Counted from the first letter of the stretch, positions 36,301 through 46,233 are shown. The stretch is 64,000 bases of DNA from Nitrospirales bacterium (GCA_965223295.1 CBDCWC010000003.1:1056001-1120000); one strand, 5' to 3'. Notes: generated from the sequence alone by a model not told the origin. Numbers and translations: made by a program.

Positions 36301-36574
36301 TTCACTCGCTCCTGTGTTTTGTCTTCGACAATCATTGATTAACAGTATCGCATATTTTTATGGACAAAACCTATCCGTCGTTCTAAGAACACTTCTTTAA
36401 GAGGATGGTGTTAACGAAGATGAGAAAAGAGACGAACATGAAATGGACGATGACAAAGGCGAGAGAAAAGGCGAAACGTCGACGTATACCTTACCTTCAG
36501 AACAACTTTTGAATAATCAGTGAATGAAGCTTCCTACGGCTGTTCTTTTTTGGCAATGACTCTCCTTTCGTCTT

Positions 36575-36976
36575 CTAATCTTGATGCAGATTTGCAATCA
36601 GATCCCGCAGAGACACCAGACCCACCACTACTCTGTTTTGCGTGACCAGAAGATGGCGCACTTGGCTGTCCTTCATCATGTCTAAGGCATCTTCAATGGG
36701 CCACGTTGCTTCAACCGTAATCATCGGGCTAGTCATGACCATATCAACGGTGGTATGTGCTAAGTCTCGTTCTTGAGCCACAGCTTGGCGAATGATATCG
36801 GTTTCAGTAATCAATCCAATAATTTTTTCCTCTTGATCCCGCATCAGTTCCCCATGACGAATGATCACTAACGATCCCACTTTCTTATCACGCATGTATT
36901 GTGATGCCGTGATGATATTCGCCTTAGCTTCAATCTTTTGTAACGAGGTTGTCATGGCGTTGGCTAATGTTTTCAT
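36575..36976 (-). CDS. CBS-domain pair protein
   Basis: MRDKKVGSLVI, IGLITETDI, VMTSP, VRHLLV, GLVSLRDL. Confidence 0.9.
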   Translation of the reverse strand: MKTLANAMTTSLQKIEAKANIITASQYMRDKKVGSLVIIRHGELMRDQEEKIIGLITETDIIRQAVAQERDLAHTTVDMVMTSPMITVEATWPIEDALDMMKDSQVRHLLVTQNRVVVGLVSLRDLIANLHQD

Positions 36977-37180
36977 TGGTCCTCCCCCTTTTCACCACCT
37001 CAATAGTCTGTCCTGATGCCTGGCCTTTCGTCCTTTTGAATATTACTTTATCAAGGTTTTGGGCTAACGACAGTCCGCGAACCTGTCTGCCGCCAAATAG
37101 GCTCTTCGCATGAGTCTTTTTGATTACACAATTTAACTCAAACAGACAATTCTAAAGGTTATCACCTAGAAACCGACAAG

Positions 37181-38065
37181 ATGGGGGATATGACCCTTGT
37201 TTCAACCATGCCAGCTCAACAAGCAGAGAGTGCGGTTCTTCGTGATCGTCTCATCAACCAGTTAGAGATAGGCGACTTTGATCTTCCTTTGCTGCCAGTC
37301 GTGGCACACCAAGTGCTTCAACTTTCCGGTGACCCAAATGCGGACGTCAACAAATTGTCCAGCCTGATTCAGCAGGACCAAGCACTTGCGGGACAAATTT
37401 TGCGCATTGCGAATTCACCGGCCTATCTCCCGCGTTCTCCGATTGTTTCTTTGCAACAGGCCATAGCATGGTTAGGCATGAATATGTTGGCGGGTCTCGC
37501 GTTTTCTGTCTCTGTGCAAAGCGGAATTTTTACGGTTAAGGGCTATGAAAAAGAGATCCGTGGCTTATGGAGTCATGCATTAGCCACAGGGCTATATGGA
37601 AAAGAGATTGCGCGCCGCATTCGGCGTAATGTGGAAAACGCCTTTCTGTGTGGGTTACTCCATACGATTGGCAAGCCTGTTCTTCTCCATATGATCTTAA
37701 CGGCCTCATCGAAACAAGAAAGTCCCCACTCCTGGCCAGCACTGGAACCTATTATTCAAGACCTTCATATGTTGGCCGGCTCCAAATTAGCCGAATCCTG
37801 GAAATTGCCGGAACCAGTGCAAGAGGCCATTCGCCTGTATCCAGATGATGCCTATATGCAAGCCACCTCACCAACAAAAGGCGCCATGATAACCTGTTTG
37901 GCTGATCATCTGGCTTCGTTCGCCATTAGTCCCTCCTCAGAGGATGAAGATACCCTTCGCACCTTACCAGTAATTCAAGACTTGAATTTTTATCCAGATG
38001 ACATGGATGCTCTTTTCGAATTACGCAAAGGCATTCAAGAAAGTGTTGCCGCATTCCTGGTATGA
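37181..38065 (+). CDS. Stand-alone HDOD-domain protein
   Basis: LPLLPVVA, DQALAGQILRIANSP, LWSHAL, AFLCGLLHTIGK, WKLPE. Confidence 0.9.
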   Translation: MGDMTLVSTMPAQQAESAVLRDRLINQLEIGDFDLPLLPVVAHQVLQLSGDPNADVNKLSSLIQQDQALAGQILRIANSPAYLPRSPIVSLQQAIAWLGMNMLAGLAFSVSVQSGIFTVKGYEKEIRGLWSHALATGLYGKEIARRIRRNVENAFLCGLLHTIGKPVLLHMILTASSKQESPHSWPALEPIIQDLHMLAGSKLAESWKLPEPVQEAIRLYPDDAYMQATSPTKGAMITCLADHLASFAISPSSEDEDTLRTLPVIQDLNFYPDDMDALFELRKGIQESVAAFLV

Positions 38066-39459
38066 GTTCTTCTCCTTCATCCTACGACCTTATCGTGATT
38101 GGCAGTGGCCCAGCCGGTCAGAAAGCCGCCATTCAAGGAGCTAAGGCAGGCAAGCGTGTAGCCCTGATCGAACAAAACCGCGAAGTTGGTGGAGCATGCG
38201 TGTACCAAGGCACGATTCCGAGTAAGACCTTGCGGGAAAGCGCATTACAAATGGTGCAATTCCTTCAAGCCACCGATGTCTTCGAATTCCGCATGCGGGA
38301 TGATGTCAAAATCGCGACGCTTATGACCCGCCTAGATAAGGTGGTGCGTGCTCATGGCACATTCATGAATGAACAAGTTTCCCGAAACGGCATCCAGCGT
38401 TTTCATGGCCGAGCGCAGTTTCTTTCTGAGAAAGAAGTGCAAATCAAACAGATAGACGGTACGACGCCTATAATCTCCGCGCCTATGCTCGTCATTGCAA
38501 CAGGATCGCGTCCACGGGTACCCAATAACGTTCCCATCGATCACGAAAATGTTTTAGACAGCGATTCGATTCTATCCCTGGTTTATTTGCCGAAATCTTT
38601 AACCGTCCTGGGCGGAGGGGTCATTGCTAGTGAGTATGCGTCGATCTTTGCGCTGTTAGGTGTGCAAGTCACAATGGTGGATACGGCCGATCGGCCATTA
38701 AGATTTTTAGATCCTGAACTCACGGATCAATTTTGTCTGGCGTTTGAAAAAACCGGGGGCCGCTATCACGGAGAACAAAAAATTCAAGCCGCTGAATGGG
38801 ATGGATTTTCTAAAGTCCTCACGCGACTAGAAAATGGTGAGGTATTGGAAAGCGAAAAAATGTTGGTGGCCCTAGGACGGGTGGCCAATATTGAACATTT
38901 GGATATTCAAGCTGCTGGGCTTGCCCCCACTCCACGTGGCCTCATTCCGGTAAATGATCATTGCCAAACAATCGTGCCTCATATCTACGCCGTTGGTGAT
39001 GTGATCGGTCCGCCATCACTGGCCTCTTGTTCGATGGAACAAGGGCGACGGGCGGTCTGTCATGGATTAGGGCTGGAACCAGGCGATGCTCCAGAGCATA
39101 TTCCGATGGGAATTTACACAATACCTGAGATGTCTAGCGTTGGATTGAGTGAACAGGAAGCCATAGAAAAATTCGGTGGAGCGTTGGTGGGTCGCGCCCG
39201 GTTTCATGAAATCGCACGAGGCCAAATTTCAGGCATGACGAACGGTCTTCTAAAAATGGTGGCCGATCAAAAAGGAGAAAAGCTATTAGGCGTCCACATC
39301 GTCGGCGAAGGAGCGACCGAATTGGTTCATATCGGACAAATGGGGTTGCTTCATCATGTCGCTATCGATCGTTTCGTGGAAAATATCTTCAACTTCCCCA
39401 CCCTCGCCGAAGCCTACCGCATTGCCGCCCTCGACATCACCAAACAACGAAAAAAATAA
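38062..39459 (+). CDS. sthA: Soluble (Si-specific) pyridine nucleotide transhydrogenase
   Basis: GSGPAGQKAA, GGACVYQGTIPSKTLRE (single Cys), SMEQGR, GIYTIPE, ARGQI, FNFPTLAEAY. Confidence 0.92.
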   Translation: MSSSPSSYDLIVIGSGPAGQKAAIQGAKAGKRVALIEQNREVGGACVYQGTIPSKTLRESALQMVQFLQATDVFEFRMRDDVKIATLMTRLDKVVRAHGTFMNEQVSRNGIQRFHGRAQFLSEKEVQIKQIDGTTPIISAPMLVIATGSRPRVPNNVPIDHENVLDSDSILSLVYLPKSLTVLGGGVIASEYASIFALLGVQVTMVDTADRPLRFLDPELTDQFCLAFEKTGGRYHGEQKIQAAEWDGFSKVLTRLENGEVLESEKMLVALGRVANIEHLDIQAAGLAPTPRGLIPVNDHCQTIVPHIYAVGDVIGPPSLASCSMEQGRRAVCHGLGLEPGDAPEHIPMGIYTIPEMSSVGLSEQEAIEKFGGALVGRARFHEIARGQISGMTNGLLKMVADQKGEKLLGVHIVGEGATELVHIGQMGLLHHVAIDRFVENIFNFPTLAEAYRIAALDITKQRKK

Positions 39460-39653
39460 ACCTTTCTTTAGCGTCACCCATTTTAAAATTTTCCTGGAAG
39501 GGGCTTATCCACCACAAAATGGGGGCTGGCTGTCAGTAAGGTTTGATTTTACTGTAGAGACAATATGAATTTATGGCGAATAGAAAAAGTGAGCCTTGGG
39601 TGAAGCAGCAAAAAATGACTCAGCTTCAATTGGTAGGAAGCAAGGAAGAAGAG

Positions 39654-40256
39654 TTAAAAACGATAGCTGAGTTCCAGAAAGTGAAAATCAACCCCGCGGT
39701 TATCCCTGCCATAAATCGTGGCATCAGAGAAATGCTGAAACCGCCAACCTAAGGTAAAGTTGGCTGGGAAATGATAACTGACCCCTCCATGACCAAGGAT
39801 TTGCACAGGGCCGCCAAAGTCTTGCTTCCCAAACGTTTCATCGCTGACAAATACGGCACCGGTTCCAATATCTAGGGTGAGATTCCAATCCCATTTAGTA
39901 AAAGCGAGATCTGGCCCCATGGTGGAAACAAATCCTTTATCTCCTGCAGCCCATATCATACCCGCAGAAGCATACCAGCGAAATCGAGCTTCCCATCCAT
40001 TTGGCCATTCCCAACTTCCAGGAAACCCAAGAATGCCGAAGACATCATATTGTTGGAAATCTTCTTTTTCCCCGGGAGGAATTCCTCCGGGATCTAAGTT
40101 AATGCCTCCTCGAATTCCCAATGAGATGACCTCGAATTTTTTATGTTCTTGACTGTGTCCTATCATGGGCGAAAAGAGGGTCAACCCAACTATTATGATC
40201 ATCAAGATGGGAAGCATTTGGCGGATAAAAGGAGATAATCTATTGAAGATACACAT
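39654..40256 (-). CDS. PagL-like acyloxyacyl hydrolase (lipid A 3-O-deacylase family)
   Basis: Signal peptide; WRFQHFSDA (H-x-S), NRGVD, C-terminal LSYRF. Confidence 0.8.
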   Translation of the reverse strand: MCIFNRLSPFIRQMLPILMIIIVGLTLFSPMIGHSQEHKKFEVISLGIRGGINLDPGGIPPGEKEDFQQYDVFGILGFPGSWEWPNGWEARFRWYASAGMIWAAGDKGFVSTMGPDLAFTKWDWNLTLDIGTGAVFVSDETFGKQDFGGPVQILGHGGVSYHFPANFTLGWRFQHFSDATIYGRDNRGVDFHFLELSYRF

Positions 40257-40539
40257 TTGTTTTACCGTATGTGTGTGATGAAGTCGCCTTCTAGCTCCTA
40301 CCTTTCACGCATATTGATTGAACAGTTGACCAACTGCCATCAGCACAATCTAAGAATAAGAGGGGATTAAGCAAATAAGAAAAAGCGAGAAACAAATGAG
40401 GCAGAAATTTCTTTACAAGCTTGGGGTCGTCACTTTTTTTAAGCGCCAGGGATGCTCAACGTGAAATAATTAATAGCCTGCGAACATCATCAATTCATGA
40501 CATTGAATTACGGTACCATACATTTCATTTGACACAAGA

Positions 40540-40618
40540 GAACAGACCCAACGCTTTCGATCACGAAGGGCTCCGTGGCGAAATATGGGCTTTGATATCT
40601 TCATTGTTCAACACTCCT
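40540..40618 (-). mobile_element. MITE-like repeat, copy I (left module only)
   Basis: gaacagaccc...ggcgaaatatgggctttgatatcttcattgttcaacactcct matches 18440-18518. Confidence 0.68.
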
Positions 40619-40713
40619 CAGATTGTTTTCTACGGTCCGAAGCCACTGAGAAACCAAAGGTTAGATGACGTGCAAGGAAAAGCGGTTACCAGAAAAACCC
40701 ACAAGGGGGTTCA

Positions 40714-41436
40714 CTATAATCCGGGTGCTGAAGCTTCATCTCGTCGTTCCTTTAAAGATTCCTCATAGGCCTTTTGGTCTTTGTCCATAGCTTGGCTTTG
40801 CTCAATTTCTAAAATCTCTAAGGGTGAGAGAAACTTTAATGCCGTGGCTCCCAAAATTTTCTGGTTGGCCGAGCCTTTCATTTGAATATGGAGTAACGCA
40901 TCAGCTCCCATCATTTGCGCTTTCTTAATCAGTTCAAAGTGAAGTTGATCCCAATTGACTTTCGATTTTTCTGAGGATTGCTGTATTTCAATTTCGTCCA
41001 TTGTTTCATAGGGAATTGTTGGCGCTTCTTCCAGAATCTCGACATGTTTGTCGGCATTGGGATTATCGCCACGGATAGACGTGTCATCCACCACAGTTTC
41101 TATCCTTGGAGCGCGGGCAGTCTCGACATCAAAGCTTTTAAGCCGCATGGCGGCCAATGCGGCTTCATGTTGATTGCTACTGTGTGACAGCCGTTCCAGT
41201 TTTTCAACACGATCTAGAGCTTCTTGAAGGCTCATTCTCGCCCCTTTTTTTCGAAGTGCATTCACTGGCATCCCTTGACTCCTGACAACAATACCTTGTG
41301 GATCTTGTACATCTACGCCTCCCTCCCCGCTTCCATATTGACGGAATAATTTGAGGGCCGACGGAATATCTACCTGCCTTAGAATCGGCTTGTCAATTGA
41401 TCTTTTGGTAATGTGCCAGCGTTTGTGACCCTTCAA
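40714..41436 (-). CDS. Hypothetical protein (C-terminal part weakly YbjQ-like); start uncertain
   Basis: 240-aa ORF; LIKKAQMMGADALL...GATALKF; frame stays open upstream of the TTG. Confidence 0.65.
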   Translation of the reverse strand: MKGHKRWHITKRSIDKPILRQVDIPSALKLFRQYGSGEGGVDVQDPQGIVVRSQGMPVNALRKKGARMSLQEALDRVEKLERLSHSSNQHEAALAAMRLKSFDVETARAPRIETVVDDTSIRGDNPNADKHVEILEEAPTIPYETMDEIEIQQSSEKSKVNWDQLHFELIKKAQMMGADALLHIQMKGSANQKILGATALKFLSPLEILEIEQSQAMDKDQKAYEESLKERRDEASAPGL

Positions 41437-41574
41437 TCCTAACGTAGCCGGTGGTCGGTCATTAAAGATGAATTGTCTAGGGAACTGAGTGAGGTCTATA
41501 ATTACCGATGTTTTTTGGCATCCTAAGGGCTGCTGTATTTCATCTCTTTGTATTTCTTTACGGGAGGAATGGTC

Positions 41575-41922
41575 ATGAGCTTAGCGGATAATACCTGTGT
41601 GCCATGTCGCGGAGGGGTTCCTCCATTAGAACCCCCCAAAATACAAGAATTGCTGACTCAGTTGGAATCTGGATGGACACTCAATGATCTGGGGCATATT
41701 GAACGAACGTATGAGTTCCCCAATTTTGCTGATGCCTTGGCTTTTCTGAATCGAGTTGGGAATGTGGCAGAAATTGAAGGCCACCATCCCGACATGTATT
41801 TAGCCTGGGGGAAGTGTAAAGTGGAAATCTGGACACACAAAATTCAGGGGCTGACAGAAAGTGACTTTTTTCTTGCAGCGAAAGCTGATCGGGCTTTTGC
41901 CTTGCCTCCATTGAATTCCTAA
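41575..41922 (+). CDS. phhB: Pterin-4-alpha-carbinolamine dehydratase
   Basis: GGAGG RBS; CVPCRGG, EGHHPD, WTHKIQGLTESDFFLAAK. Confidence 0.92.
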   Translation: MSLADNTCVPCRGGVPPLEPPKIQELLTQLESGWTLNDLGHIERTYEFPNFADALAFLNRVGNVAEIEGHHPDMYLAWGKCKVEIWTHKIQGLTESDFFLAAKADRAFALPPLNS

Positions 41923-41928
41923 CCAATT

Positions 41929-43875
41929 ATGGCCACGAGTCCCATCCTTATTCAGCCGGTCTCGACAGGAGACTCATCGATTTATTGTGAATCTTCTGAC
42001 CTCACTGGAGATTTCCGGTCTTTTGGAACAAAGGTCGCGCTCGTGACTATGCCGTTCTCCTATTCGAAGTTTCCATCTATTCAATTGGGCACGTTGTCTG
42101 CGCTCTTGAAATCCCAAGGTATTGGCGCCAAAACCTACCACTTTAATTTGCAGTTCGCCCATAAGATTGGCGTCCCACTTTATGAAATTTTGTGTGAAAA
42201 GCGCGGCCTCTTTGGTGAATGGCTGTTTTCGGCCCTGCTCTTCCGAGACAATCCCAAACATGTGCAATACCCACAGATCTTCAAGCCGGTTTTTGAAGAA
42301 ACGGCTGCCGAAGCCGGATGTTCCATTGGTCATTTGGAAGAGATTGCTCACACCGTTGCGCCCCAGTTTTTAACCTGGGCCCTGACCTCGGTGGAGTGGG
42401 ATCAATATGATGTCGTGGGCTTTACCTCAACGTTTGATCAAAACGTGGCCAGTCTGTCGTTGGCGAAATTAATCAAGGATGTCTATCCAGATGTGCGAAT
42501 TGTCTTTGGCGGCGCCAACTTTGATGGCGAAATGGGACTGGAACAATTTCGTGCGTTTCCCTGGATTGACTACGTGGTGAGTGGCGAAGGCGAACAGACT
42601 TTCCCTCCGTTGGTAAAGCGTATCCTGCTCAAGGAGGAGACGAGTATTCCTCCGGGCATTGCTCACCGGAAAGATGGCCAAATTCACTTTACCCCGAACG
42701 ACAATTTGGTCGTGAAATTCGATCGGGCACCTCCTCCTGACTACGACGACTACTTTGCAGAATTAGATGAGTTAGACCGCCAGGGCTCAACGGGCCTTAA
42801 CCGAATTTTGCTGTATGAGGGATCACGAGGCTGTTGGTGGGGTGAGAAACATCATTGCACCTTTTGTGGGTTGAATGCGCAAGCTATGGATTTCCGAGCC
42901 AAATCCCCGACACAAGTGGTTGCCGAAATGGATTATCTCTCAAGCCGGCATGATACCAGTCGGTTCCGATTAGTGGATAATATTATCGACATGAAATATG
43001 TCGAGGGTGTATTTGGCCAACTGGCTCAGCGACATGTGGATCTTGATGTCTTTATGGAGACCAAGAGCAATCTCAATAAACGGCAAATCCAAACCTTAGC
43101 CCAGGGTGGTGTCAAATGCATGCAGCCTGGGATCGAAAGCCTCAGTCAGGCCCAACTGAAAGAAATGGACAAGGGCGTGAGCCCTCTGCAAAACATTCAA
43201 TGCTTGAAATGGAGCCGGTATTACAATATTGACCTCTCTTGGAATATTTTGTTGGGGTTTCCTGGTGAGACCAATGCCGACTATCAACGGCAAATGGAGA
43301 TCATTCCCTCTATACTGCATCTCCAACCCCCAGAATCCACCTCGAAATTATGGCTTGAACGATTCAGTCCCTATTTTAAATGGCCGGAGCGATATGGGAT
43401 TCGTCTGACAGGACCCGGCCTGGCTTACGGATATGTGTATGACGAGCGGAAAGTGGACTTGAATAAAATCGCCTATGATTTCGAATACGAAATTGATTGG
43501 AAAGTCGATCCTCAAATATATGAGGATTTTGTTCGTCTTGTCCGGGAATGGAAGGAGCGATATCACTCTCCGAACCGGCCCTTTCTCTTTTTTTCCAAGG
43601 CCATGAGTTATCTCACGGTATATGATGGTCGAGGAGCGAGTCCTACCAGCGAACGGTTTGACCAACCGTATGCGTTTATTTTAGAGCATTGTCACGACCA
43701 GCCAAAGTCTTTTGAACAAATCCGGAAGGCTTTACAAAATCAGCCATTTCCCCACTCTGATTCGGAGATTCAGCCGCTGGCCGATCTTTTATCAACCCTC
43801 CAAGCGAAACGCCTGCTTTATGAAGAAGGAGGTCGGTACTTCACTCTTGCTCTCCCTGTGAATCCACACCGATAA
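41929..43875 (+). CDS. Cobalamin-dependent radical SAM C-methyltransferase, RiPP-maturation (PoyC-like, TIGR03975-type) family
   Basis: MPF...PSIQLGTL, B12-binding region (VVGFTSTFDQ, VFGGAN, SGEGE), Cx7Cx2C motif SRGCWWGEKHHCTFCGLN, QPGIESLS, WNILLGFPGE, RFSPYF. Confidence 0.88.
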   Translation: MATSPILIQPVSTGDSSIYCESSDLTGDFRSFGTKVALVTMPFSYSKFPSIQLGTLSALLKSQGIGAKTYHFNLQFAHKIGVPLYEILCEKRGLFGEWLFSALLFRDNPKHVQYPQIFKPVFEETAAEAGCSIGHLEEIAHTVAPQFLTWALTSVEWDQYDVVGFTSTFDQNVASLSLAKLIKDVYPDVRIVFGGANFDGEMGLEQFRAFPWIDYVVSGEGEQTFPPLVKRILLKEETSIPPGIAHRKDGQIHFTPNDNLVVKFDRAPPPDYDDYFAELDELDRQGSTGLNRILLYEGSRGCWWGEKHHCTFCGLNAQAMDFRAKSPTQVVAEMDYLSSRHDTSRFRLVDNIIDMKYVEGVFGQLAQRHVDLDVFMETKSNLNKRQIQTLAQGGVKCMQPGIESLSQAQLKEMDKGVSPLQNIQCLKWSRYYNIDLSWNILLGFPGETNADYQRQMEIIPSILHLQPPESTSKLWLERFSPYFKWPERYGIRLTGPGLAYGYVYDERKVDLNKIAYDFEYEIDWKVDPQIYEDFVRLVREWKERYHSPNRPFLFFSKAMSYLTVYDGRGASPTSERFDQPYAFILEHCHDQPKSFEQIRKALQNQPFPHSDSEIQPLADLLSTLQAKRLLYEEGGRYFTLALPVNPHR

Positions 43876-43929
43876 TGCCACTACTTCGTTACGTTACCTA
43901 CTGTGTTCGTTGTATATTTTTCTTGTGTG

Positions 43930-44119
43930 GGATTGTTGAATAATACAAAACACGAGAGACAAGCTTGCTCATGATCACGTCGGATACCAACAGCTTCGGG
44001 GCGGTTCAAAAAAGTGCATCCAGCTAGGCCACAGCTATTTTTGCGCGCGGAGCCTACCGTTCCTACGTGAGCACGGGAAAAAGGCGAGAACGCCGCTAGC
44101 GGCTTTTTTCAACAGACCC
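43930..44119 (+). mobile_element. MITE-like repeat, copy H (full length)
   Basis: ggattgttgaataatacaaaaca...gagaacgccgctagcggcttttttcaacagaccc. Confidence 0.82.
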
Positions 44120-44128
44120 TTTCTGTGA

Positions 44129-44157
44129 TTGACAAGCCTGAGGTTGCTGGGTAGCCT
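44129..44157 (+). promoter_or_regulatory. Sigma70 promoter upstream of the mltD-like gene
   Basis: TTGACA-N17-TAGCCT. Confidence 0.6.
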
Positions 44158-44205
44158 ATTAAGATATCCAAGGATCTACCGAAAAGTCTTAGAATCTGTG
44201 CTACT

Positions 44206-46233
44206 TTGGAAGAACCTCATGATAGAAGTTCTTCTCGTCATACGTGGTTTCGGTTTATGATGACCTTTCTTCAGCCTCCAATAATTGGAAGTCTCATTCT
44301 GGCTGTCTGTCTGGTGGTACCAGGTCGGAGCCTGGCAGAGCAATCCCGCTCAGCATCGGAAATTCCTCATGAAGTCCTGACCTTGAATTATTCCTTAGCG
44401 ATTCGTGGTGAGTATCCGAATATTTCAGCTACCAAGCAACCTTCTGCATCGCAGGCCGATAAGGCAGCCCAACTTGGTTTCTCTCAAACTCTGAATGCCC
44501 AAACATCTAGCTCTGCAGAGCAACTTCACCAAGAGAAGCAGGGTCCCAGCTCCCCTTCTTTTACCGTAGCCGAAGAAGTTCCTTCATATATTATTCACGA
44601 ACCCGTTTCACACCATACTGAGGATATTCCAGAAACCGTATCGCGTTCTTCTCACAAGGCCTCTGAAGAATATCAGCCGAACGATCAGATGGTTGATGCT
44701 TCGCAACAGAGCATTGTCCCCATCAGTCCGGACGTCCTTTCAATAGACCGATTTCGTTCCAATTCTATGATCGACTGGTCAATCCAGTCGCCTCAGCATG
44801 TCCTGCCAACTTCTTTCACAACTTCTTCACACATACCGTTTGATCCATCGGTTGAGCTTTCAAATCCTCAAATATATTTGGCTCGTTTTGGCCATGTCTT
44901 GAATCCGAATTGGGAACCCTCAGACTCTGCGCATTCCTCTGAATATGGGACTATTCCTCTGGTTATCAATGATGCAGTGGCAAAGAATCTTCGATATTTC
45001 CAGCAAGGTATTCCTGATCGTTTTCAATCCTATTTAGATAGGTTTCATCATTACAGAGAAGTGGTTGAGCCAATTTTTCAGGAATTTGGAATTCCGACCG
45101 AACTCATGTATCTGTCTCTTGTGGAGTCAGGCTTCAATCCAAAAGCCTTTTCCCGCGCACGCGCCTCAGGGCCTTGGCAATTTATGAAAGCCACAGGCCG
45201 TATGTATAAACTCAACGTGAATTGGTATATCGATGAGCGGCGAGACCCTATCAAGTCGACCGTTGCAGCCGCGCACCACCTTCGCGATCTCTATGACCGC
45301 TTTGGTTCGTGGCCTCTTGCTTTGGCGGCCTATAATGCTGGAAGTGGAAAAGTGTCCCGTGCGATTCGAAAAACCGGCTCCCGTGATTTTTGGAAAATTC
45401 GCCGAACTTGGTATCTTCGACGGGAAACAAAAGAGTATGTCCCTCGTTTTATTGCGGCGACGCTCATTGCTAAAAACCCAACCGCATATGGATTTCTCGC
45501 ACCCGGCGGGGGTCACCATATATTCGAAGAAGTTCTCATTGCCAAACAGGTTCAACTCTCCGCCATTGCCAAACATACGGGGATATCTCTTGAGGAACTC
45601 AAACGGTTGAACCCTGAGCTCCGGCGAAATATTGTTCCCACCACAAAGGGTCCTGGGTATCATCTTAAAGTACCTGTAGGCATGGCCTCCGTCGTTTCTG
45701 CGCAACATGCTTCTTTCCCCGTGTGGACTCAACCGCCACCGCCTCCCACTCAATGGTATCGGGTACGACGAGGGGACAGTTTGTCTGTCGTGGCTAGGCG
45801 ATTTGGAATGAAAGTCCGTCAACTCAAAAGGATGAACAATTTGTCGAGCAATTTGATTCGTGTTGGAGCGCGACTACGTGTGCGTGGCGGCTATGACGAT
45901 TATGCCGATGATCAAACGACCGTATACCGTGTTCGGTATGGAGATTCTTTAGGAAAAATTGCAAGCCGATTTAGAACCTCGGTTCGTCAGCTCAAGAGGC
46001 TCAACAATCTTTCTACGCATTTGATTTATCCTGGTGATCGCTTGCGAGTGCGAGGCACACCCCCATCGAAAAAATCTGGGAGCAATAATTCGAAATGGTA
46101 TCGCGTGCAACGAGGGGATAGCTTATGGAGTATTGCTCAGCAATTTCGGATGAGTGTGCGAGACTTGCGGGCCTTAAATAATTTGTCTTCCAGTATTATT
46201 CGAGCCGGCCATATGCTAATGGTCAGTCATTAA
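44206..46233 (+). CDS. mltD: MltD-like lytic murein transglycosylase with three LysM domains
   Basis: LVESGF, GPWQFM, DERRDP, LAAYNAG, ETKEYVP; three YRVxxGDSL LysM repeats; start probably MMTFL. Confidence 0.88.
   Translation: MEEPHDRSSSRHTWFRFMMTFLQPPIIGSLILAVCLVVPGRSLAEQSRSASEIPHEVLTLNYSLAIRGEYPNISATKQPSASQADKAAQLGFSQTLNAQTSSSAEQLHQEKQGPSSPSFTVAEEVPSYIIHEPVSHHTEDIPETVSRSSHKASEEYQPNDQMVDASQQSIVPISPDVLSIDRFRSNSMIDWSIQSPQHVLPTSFTTSSHIPFDPSVELSNPQIYLARFGHVLNPNWEPSDSAHSSEYGTIPLVINDAVAKNLRYFQQGIPDRFQSYLDRFHHYREVVEPIFQEFGIPTELMYLSLVESGFNPKAFSRARASGPWQFMKATGRMYKLNVNWYIDERRDPIKSTVAAAHHLRDLYDRFGSWPLALAAYNAGSGKVSRAIRKTGSRDFWKIRRTWYLRRETKEYVPRFIAATLIAKNPTAYGFLAPGGGHHIFEEVLIAKQVQLSAIAKHTGISLEELKRLNPELRRNIVPTTKGPGYHLKVPVGMASVVSAQHASFPVWTQPPPPPTQWYRVRRGDSLSVVARRFGMKVRQLKRMNNLSSNLIRVGARLRVRGGYDDYADDQTTVYRVRYGDSLGKIASRFRTSVRQLKRLNNLSTHLIYPGDRLRVRGTPPSKKSGSNNSKWYRVQRGDSLWSIAQQFRMSVRDLRALNNLSSSIIRAGHMLMVSH

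Noticed and set aside
40396-40464. 22-aa ORF MRQKFLYKLGVVTFFKRQGCST as precursor for the radical SAM enzyme
   Set aside because: No clear RBS, no recognisable leader or double-glycine site, and separated from the enzyme by an oppositely oriented gene
6617-44119. Repeats as a CRISPR array or integron attC cassette array
   Set aside because: Copies are kilobases apart, in both orientations and divergent; no cas or integrase gene, and flanking genes are not uniformly oriented cassettes
8028-45822. Long antisense or overlapping ORFs (8028-8603, 9409-10029, 16689-17147, 22968-23432, 45166-45822 and similar)
   Set aside because: Each lies opposite a better-supported gene and shows no motifs of its own
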